Notes under the pieces: model-generated
What the model saw: the letters and a program-made list of their open reading frames with translations, nothing else
Told to the model about the DNA's origin: nothing
The model's database searches: none
Source: an uncultured Acidimicrobiales bacterium
GTDB taxonomy: Bacteria > Actinomycetota > Acidimicrobiia > Acidimicrobiales > VFJN01
DNA: 64,000 bases
Assembly (NCBI GenBank): GCA_963842395.1
Contig: CAWJGJ010000002.1
Location: 1,397,720-1,461,719 of the forward strand
Reading direction: 5' to 3'
Part shown: positions 59,146 to 64,000 of the stretch, one piece after another
How the letters are laid out: each line of letters begins with the position of its first letter
Numbering within the stretch: the stretch's first letter is position 1
Translations under genes and position numbers: made by a program

Positions 59146-59730
59146 TTGCGCGCGCAGCCCGCACGTGCTGGCGTTTCGCGCCGCGGTGGTGTTGACTTCC
59201 CGCCGAGGCGAGCTGGGGACGGAAGGCGAGCGGCTGTCGCAGCCCTGGCATGCGTCGTGGCGTCCGCCGTGATGAGCACGGCCCCGGTGGGCGCCACCGA
59301 CGAGCCGCCGCCCCTCACGGTCACGCCCACGAGCGGCCCCGCCGGCACGGTGGTCACGGTCAGCGGCGACGACTGCGCGTTCAACAGCATCAGCATCTTC
59401 CTGGTGAAGCTGCCGTCCGCCGTCGTCGCCCAGTCCGGTACGGAATCGAACGACGACGGGTCCTGGTCGGGCACCGTCACCGTGCCCCAGGGCGCCGATC
59501 CCGCTGCCGACTACGTCGTCACCGCGCGGTGCTTCATCAGCGCCGGCGAGCAGAGCCAGGTCAAGCACGACTACGAGCAGGTGCCGTTCGACGTGACCGG
59601 CGGGCCCACGCCTACGCCGACCACGACGCCCCCGTCGGAGCCGACCGCCCCGCCGGTCATCGAGCCCGAGGCCGTGCCCGTCGCCCCGGTGGCGGTGGCG
59701 GTGGTCGCCGACCCGGACTTCGCCGGCTGA
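59146..59730 (+). CDS. secreted Ig-like (IPT/TIG-like) domain protein ending in DPDFAG (paralog 1)
   Basis: Signal-like RRAAVAALACVVASAVMSTAPVGA|TDE, a domain LTVTPTSGPAGTVVTVSGDDC...VVTARC, a Pro/Thr linker and C-terminus ...VAVVADPDFAG*. The start is uncertain. TTG 59146 is the only upstream candidate and the first codons have poor GC3. Confidence 0.55.
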   Translation: MRAQPARAGVSRRGGVDFPPRRAGDGRRAAVAALACVVASAVMSTAPVGATDEPPPLTVTPTSGPAGTVVTVSGDDCAFNSISIFLVKLPSAVVAQSGTESNDDGSWSGTVTVPQGADPAADYVVTARCFISAGEQSQVKHDYEQVPFDVTGGPTPTPTTTPPSEPTAPPVIEPEAVPVAPVAVAVVADPDFAG

Positions 59731-59789
59731 GGCTGCGGCCGTCGCCCTCACGTCACCTCCGGCTGAGGCTGCGCGGCCGTCGCCCTGAT

Positions 59790-59824
59790 GTCACCCCCCG
59801 GCCGGTGCTCGGCCGGGGGGTGAC
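59790..59824 (+). terminator. rho-independent-type terminator
   Basis: Perfect 15-bp stem GTCACCCCCCGGCCG/CGGCCGGGGGGTGAC with loop GTGCT, followed by GTCTTTCC. Confidence 0.7.
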
Positions 59825-59996
59825 GTCTTTCCCGGGGACCGGGCCACTACGGTCAGCGTCGATAGTCGGCGGAACAGTTGGGGACAGCCGCGCTGGGGAT
59901 GTGCGACGGGTGCATAGGACCCGTCAGCCCGCGTCTCGACCCGCCTGGGCGCCGGCCGTCGCACCAACCGGCGGGCACCATCTCCGAGGAGCACAG

Positions 59997-60527
59997 ATGA
60001 AGTTCAGACTGGCTGCCGCCACGGCAGCCACCGGCATCGCCGCCGCATCAACGCTGCTGTGGGTCGTCCCTGCTGCTGCGCAGGAGGAGCCGCCGGCGGA
60101 GACGGGCCCCCTGCCCCTCACCGTCGACCCCGCGTCCGGCAGCGATGCGTTGTTCACCGTGTCGGGCACCGGGTGCGTGGGCCCGCAGGGCCCCGGCACC
60201 TTCGACGTGTTCGTCGACGGGTCGCCGCTCACCAACGACGATCCCAACAACCCCGACCTCGCCGACGCCGAGGGCAACTGGTCGATCGACATCAGCCCTG
60301 CCGATCCCAGCGTCCCGCTCAGCCCGGGCGTGCTCGAGATCACGGCCACCTGCTCGGTGAACGACGCCAGCGGCACCGAGATCGTCGAGTACCTCCCGGC
60401 CAGCTACGAGATCACGGCAGCGCCGGCGCCGCCGACCACGGCTCCGCCGACCGGCGTGCCGGCTCCGCCGGTCGTCGTGGCCCCGGCCGCGGTCCCCGTC
60501 GTGGGCGACCCCGACTTCGCCGGCTGA
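59997..60527 (+). CDS. secreted Ig-like domain protein ending in DPDFAG (paralog 2)
   Basis: GAGGAG lies 6 nt before ATG 59997. The signal is MKFRLAAATAATGIAAASTLLWVVPAAAQ, the domain LTVDPASGSDALFTVSGTGC...ITATC, then a Pro-rich linker and C-terminus ...VPVVGDPDFAG*. Confidence 0.75.
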   Translation: MKFRLAAATAATGIAAASTLLWVVPAAAQEEPPAETGPLPLTVDPASGSDALFTVSGTGCVGPQGPGTFDVFVDGSPLTNDDPNNPDLADAEGNWSIDISPADPSVPLSPGVLEITATCSVNDASGTEIVEYLPASYEITAAPAPPTTAPPTGVPAPPVVVAPAAVPVVGDPDFAG

Positions 60528-60549
60528 CGCCCCCGACCGCCACGAGCGA

Positions 60550-60582
60550 ACGGCCCCGCCTCCGATCGGGAGGCGGGGCCGT
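60550..60582. terminator. bidirectional stem-loop between convergent genes
   Basis: Perfect 14-bp stem ACGGCCCCGCCTCC/GGAGGCGGGGCCGT with loop GATC. It is followed by a 17-nt tandem repeat GTTGCGCGTGCGGGGGC, 2 copies plus a partial third (60581-60630). Confidence 0.55.
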
Positions 60583-60637
60583 TGCGCGTGCGGGGGCGTT
60601 GCGCGTGCGGGGGCGTTGCCCGTATGCGCCTGGGGGG

Positions 60638-61411
60638 TCAGGCCGTGATGTGCACCGGGGTGCCGAGGGGCAGGATGCCGGCCAGCTCGGTGATGGCCTC
60701 GTTCGACATGCGGATGCAGCCGTGGCTCACGTCGGTGCCGATGGCCTCGGGCTCGTTGGTGCCGTGGATGCCGATGACGCCGGTGCCGCCGTTGAACTCC
60801 TCGAGCACGTTGGAGTACCCGGACAGCCCGTACGCGTAGGGCCCGTAGGCGCCGTTCGGATCGGGGGGCTGCAACAGCTCCTTCAGGTAGTACCTCCCGC
60901 CCGGGGTGGGCGTCGACGCCGTGCCCACGCCGATGGCCTCGTCCGCGATCACCTCGTCGCCCTTGGTCACCACCAACCGGTGCTCCGACAGGGCGACGTC
61001 GATGCTGTAGGGGTTCTCGGCCACGGTCACGTCGGCGGCCCGGATGAACCCCGTCGAGCCGTTGGGGCGGACCGGCAGCAACACCTTCAGCCACTCGCCC
61101 TGGTCCTCGTCGACCAGGAACACCAGGGGTGCGCCGTTCTCGTTGGGGTTCTCGAGGGTGGCCAGGAGCTGGTCCTCGCCGGCGGTGCCGAACACCTGCA
61201 CCTGGTCGGGCACGGCCTGGGCCACGAGCGCGCCCTGCGGCTCAGCCGGCTCGGACTCGCCGAAGGCGCCCGCGGCGGCCTCGGTGGTGGCGGTGGTGTC
61301 CGCCTGGTCGGCGTCGTCGGCGGTGCTGTCGTCCGATCCGCCGCCGCAGGCCGCCAGGGCGAGGAGCGAGGCGGCCAGCCCCATCGGGATCGCGTGTCGT
61401 CGATGAATCAC
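60638..61411 (-). CDS. L,D-transpeptidase (YkuD domain) lipoprotein
   Basis: GTG 61411 gives the signal VIHRRHAIPMGLAASLLALAAC|GGG. The YkuD catalytic motif is IGIHGTNEPEAIGTDVSHGCIRM. The rest of the 804-aa ORF-track ORF is antisense to pccB. Confidence 0.8.
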   Translation of the reverse strand: MIHRRHAIPMGLAASLLALAACGGGSDDSTADDADQADTTATTEAAAGAFGESEPAEPQGALVAQAVPDQVQVFGTAGEDQLLATLENPNENGAPLVFLVDEDQGEWLKVLLPVRPNGSTGFIRAADVTVAENPYSIDVALSEHRLVVTKGDEVIADEAIGVGTASTPTPGGRYYLKELLQPPDPNGAYGPYAYGLSGYSNVLEEFNGGTGVIGIHGTNEPEAIGTDVSHGCIRMSNEAITELAGILPLGTPVHITA

Positions 61412-61480
61412 GGCGGCGAAGGTAGCCGCCCCGGCCGGTGGTTTAGGGGCGCGGAACGGGCCCCAGGTACCGTGGCAGGC

Positions 61481-63034
61481 ATGGTCGACCATCCGATGAG
61501 CGAGCGGCTCGCTGACCTGGCCAAGCGCAAGGAAGAGGCGCTCGCTCCCGGCACCGACAGTGCGCGCGAGCGCCAGCACAACCGCGGCAAGCTCCTGGCC
61601 CGCGAGCGCATCGAGCTGCTGGTCGACCCCGGCACGTTCCAGGAGCTCGACCTGCTGGCCCGGCGCCCGGCCGAGACCGCGTTCGACGAGCGGCCCTACA
61701 CCGACGGCGTGATCTGCGGCTGGGGCATGGTCGAGGGCCGCAAGGTGTTCGTGTTCTCGCAGGACTTCACGGTGTTCGGCGGTGCGCTCGGCGAGGTCTT
61801 CGCCGACAAGATCCACAAGCTCATGGACCTGGCGCTCAAGGTCGGCGCGCCCGTGGTCGGCATCAACGACGGCGCCGGCGCCCGCATCCAGGAGGGCGTG
61901 GTCAGCCTCGACAGCTACGGCGGCATCTTCTACCGCAACGTGCAGTCCTCGGGCGTGGTGCCCCAGATCAGCGTGATCATGGGCCCCTGCGCCGGGGGCG
62001 CCGTCTACTCCCCCGCGATGACCGACTTCGTGTTCATGGTCGAGGACACCTCGTACATGTTCATCACGGGCCCCGACGTGGTGAAGACCGTCACCGGCGA
62101 GGAGGTCACCCAGCAGGAGCTGGGCGGCGCCATCGCCCACGCCTCCAAGTCGGGCGTGTGCCACTTCACCTCGGCCGACGACGCCGCCTGCCTCGAGGAC
62201 GTCCGCTACCTGCTCGGCTTCCTGCCCGCCAACAACCTGGAGGAGCCGCCGGTCGTCGCCACGGACGACGACCCCGCCCGGCCGTGCCCCGAGCTGCGCG
62301 ACCTCATCCCCGCGTCGTCGAACCAGCCCTACGACATGGTCAAGGTCATCGAGGCGGTCGTCGACGACGGCGACTACTTCGAGTACGCCCGCCGCTGGGC
62401 GCCCAACATCGTGTGCGCCTACGCCCGGCTCGGCGGCCACGTGGTGGGCATCGTCGGCAACCAGCCCATGCACCTGGCCGGCGTGCTCGACATCGAGTCG
62501 TCCGAGAAGGCGGCCCGCTTCGTGCGCACCTGCGACGCATTCAACATCCCGCTCGTCACCTTCGTCGACGTGCCGGGCTTCCTGCCCGGCGTCGACCAGG
62601 AGCACGGCGGCATCATCCGCCACGGGGCCAAGCTGCTGTACGCGTTCTGCGAGTCGACCGTGCCCCGCATCCAGATCGTCACCCGCAAGGCGTACGGCGG
62701 CGCCTACGTGGTGATGAACTCCAAGTCGATCGGCGCCGACCTCGCCTTCGCCTGGCCCTCGGGCGAGCTGGCGGTGATGGGCCCCCAGGGCGCGGTCGAG
62801 ATCGCCTACCGGCGCGAGATCCTGGCCTCGTCCGACCCCGTGGCCCGCAAGGCCGAGCTGGTCGAGGAGTACACCGACCGGTTCGCCAACCCCTACCAGG
62901 CGGCCGATCGGGGTTACGTCGACGACGTCATCGACCCCGCCGACACCCGGATGAAGCTCATCGCCGGGCTCGACATGCTGCGGTCCAAGCGCGAGGAACT
63001 GCCCAAGCGCAAGCACGGCAACGTGCCGCTGTAG
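61481..63034 (+). CDS. pccB: acyl-CoA (propionyl-CoA) carboxylase carboxyltransferase beta subunit
   Basis: 517 aa with GKLLARERIELLVDPGTFQELD, VFSQDFTVFGGALGE, MGPCAGGAVYSPAMTDF and AYGGAYVVMNSK. Substrate specificity is not decidable from sequence alone. Confidence 0.88.
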   Translation: MVDHPMSERLADLAKRKEEALAPGTDSARERQHNRGKLLARERIELLVDPGTFQELDLLARRPAETAFDERPYTDGVICGWGMVEGRKVFVFSQDFTVFGGALGEVFADKIHKLMDLALKVGAPVVGINDGAGARIQEGVVSLDSYGGIFYRNVQSSGVVPQISVIMGPCAGGAVYSPAMTDFVFMVEDTSYMFITGPDVVKTVTGEEVTQQELGGAIAHASKSGVCHFTSADDAACLEDVRYLLGFLPANNLEEPPVVATDDDPARPCPELRDLIPASSNQPYDMVKVIEAVVDDGDYFEYARRWAPNIVCAYARLGGHVVGIVGNQPMHLAGVLDIESSEKAARFVRTCDAFNIPLVTFVDVPGFLPGVDQEHGGIIRHGAKLLYAFCESTVPRIQIVTRKAYGGAYVVMNSKSIGADLAFAWPSGELAVMGPQGAVEIAYRREILASSDPVARKAELVEEYTDRFANPYQAADRGYVDDVIDPADTRMKLIAGLDMLRSKREELPKRKHGNVPL

Positions 63035-63042
63035 GGCGACCC

Positions 63043-63216
63043 GTGGACGCACCCGCCGAGCTCAGCGACGAGGAGGTGGCGGCCATCGTCGCGGCCGTCG
63101 AGATGGTCTGGCCCCGGCCGGCCGTCCCCGGTGACGACGGCGCGCCGCCCCGCTGGCGGTTCTCGGGCCGGTGGTGGACCAAGCCGGTCCCGCTGCGCCG
63201 CAACCGCCCCTGGTGA
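63043..63216 (+). CDS. acyl-CoA carboxylase epsilon subunit
   Basis: 57 aa with GTG start 8 nt after pccB. The sequence ...LSDEEVAAIVAAVEMVW...RWRFSGRWWTKPVPLRRNRPW fits the pattern of small epsilon subunits. Confidence 0.65.
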   Translation: MDAPAELSDEEVAAIVAAVEMVWPRPAVPGDDGAPPRWRFSGRWWTKPVPLRRNRPW

Positions 63217-63248
63217 GTGCCTGCGGCCCCGGGGCGTAGCCTGCCGTC

Positions 63249-64000
63249 GTGGACCTCACGACCGTGGCCGACGACGAGGTGGTGCTGCACGACGGGACGG
63301 CGGTCCACCGCCACGACGGGTTGGCGCCCGGCACGGTGTACGAGCTCGAGGGGCACCGGCTGCGCACGCTCGACCGCCCGCCGGGCGAGCGCCTCGCCAC
63401 GGTGTGCACGGTCAACGACGTGCACTTCGGCGAGGTCGAGTGCGGCATCCTCAACGGCATCGACGACCACCCCGTCTACACGACGGCGCCCGGCGACGAG
63501 CCCTACCCCGACCTGATGAACCGGTGCGCCATCGCCGACATCCGCGGGGCCGACCCCGACGTGGTGGTGGTGAAGGGCGACCTGACCTCCATGGGCACCC
63601 GGGCCGAGTACCAGGCCTTCCTCAATGCCTATGGCCCCGCGTTCGGCGACAAGCTGGTCCACGTCCGCGGCAACCACGACGCCTACCACGGCGAGGTCTT
63701 CGCCGACCACGCCTGCCAGTCGGTGACGCTGCCCGGCGTCGTCCTGGCCGTGATCGACACCTCCGTACCCGGCAAGGCCTCCGGCGGCGTGGCGGCCGAC
63801 ACGCTCGAGTGGCTCGACCAGCTCGCGGCCGACGCCGACCGCCCGGTGCTGGTGTTCGGCCACCACCACGCCTGGAACCCCGACTCCGGCGAGCGGCCCG
63901 AGGCCTACTTCGGCATCAACCCCGACGACTCCGACCGGCTGGTCGACGCGGTGGCCCGCCGGCCCCGCATCGTCGGCTACTTCGCCGGCCACACCCACCG
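63249..64000 (+). CDS. metallophosphoesterase (calcineurin-like), 3'-partial at the window edge
   Basis: By hand translation from GTG 63249 it reads VDLTTVADDEVVLHDG...TVNDVHFGE...VVVKGDLTSMG...VRGNHD...VFGHHHAW...FAGHTH, matching phosphoesterase motifs I-V. It is not in the ORF track because there is no stop inside the window. Confidence 0.75.
   Translation, partial: MDLTTVADDEVVLHDGTAVHRHDGLAPGTVYELEGHRLRTLDRPPGERLATVCTVNDVHFGEVECGILNGIDDHPVYTTAPGDEPYPDLMNRCAIADIRGADPDVVVVKGDLTSMGTRAEYQAFLNAYGPAFGDKLVHVRGNHDAYHGEVFADHACQSVTLPGVVLAVIDTSVPGKASGGVAADTLEWLDQLAADADRPVLVFGHHHAWNPDSGERPEAYFGINPDDSDRLVDAVARRPRIVGYFAGHTH

Noticed and set aside
60059-61480. The N-terminal 470 codons of the 991-aa ORF 60059..63034, and the 5' 546 codons of the 804-aa minus-strand ORF 60638..63052.
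   Set aside because: The PccB-like sequence starts only at ATG 61481. The L,D-transpeptidase signal peptide starts at 61411. The remaining parts are mutual antisense shadow frames.

Overview
A very high-GC chromosomal window, with gene content typical of Actinomycetota (pafA, topA-tmk-holB, sigK/rskA-like pair, ethylmalonyl-CoA pathway genes, LigC-type ligase). I can support about 55 protein-coding genes. I found no rRNA, tRNA, CRISPR array or recognisable mobile element. All calls come from reading the ORF-track peptides for motifs and family resemblance, third-codon-position GC, start-codon/SD context and by-eye repeat and hairpin detection. No database search was run. Layout: MacB-type ABC exporter (0.1-3.4 kb), large STAND-type regulator (5-7.9 kb), pafA (8.9-10.3 kb), small accessory genes (11-16.5 kb). 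A block of six consecutive frame-broken genes follows (16.5-21.6 kb: PhyH-family dioxygenase, bcp, MFS exporter, MarR-GNAT, sulfotransferase-like protein, class IV aminotransferase). Then come a secreted lipase, holB-tmk-topA (24.2-28.9 kb), and the most interesting locus (29.0-38.1 kb). That locus is an iniBAC-like cluster: three tandem IniB-N-terminal-domain proteins with extremely acidic, almost Lys/Arg-free tails, each behind the same 16-nt promoter box. Behind them lie two translationally coupled dynamin-like GTPases (IniA-like, IniC-like) and a FecR-domain membrane protein. The rest carries thiolase, a fused MFS/spermidine-synthase, ccr, mce, a sigK-rskA-Mo-oxidoreductase-fasciclin cluster, ABC-F, a FEN-type exonuclease, ECF41 sigma, an acyl-CoA dehydrogenase and an ATP-dependent ligase. 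It ends with two paralogous secreted proteins that both finish in ...DPDFAG, an L,D-transpeptidase, pccB plus an epsilon subunit, and a partial metallophosphoesterase. Recurrent side observations are about 26 apparent frameshifts that are strongly clustered, leaderless-type promoters overlapped by palindromic operators, short tandem duplications next to stop codons and terminators, and three gene remnants.
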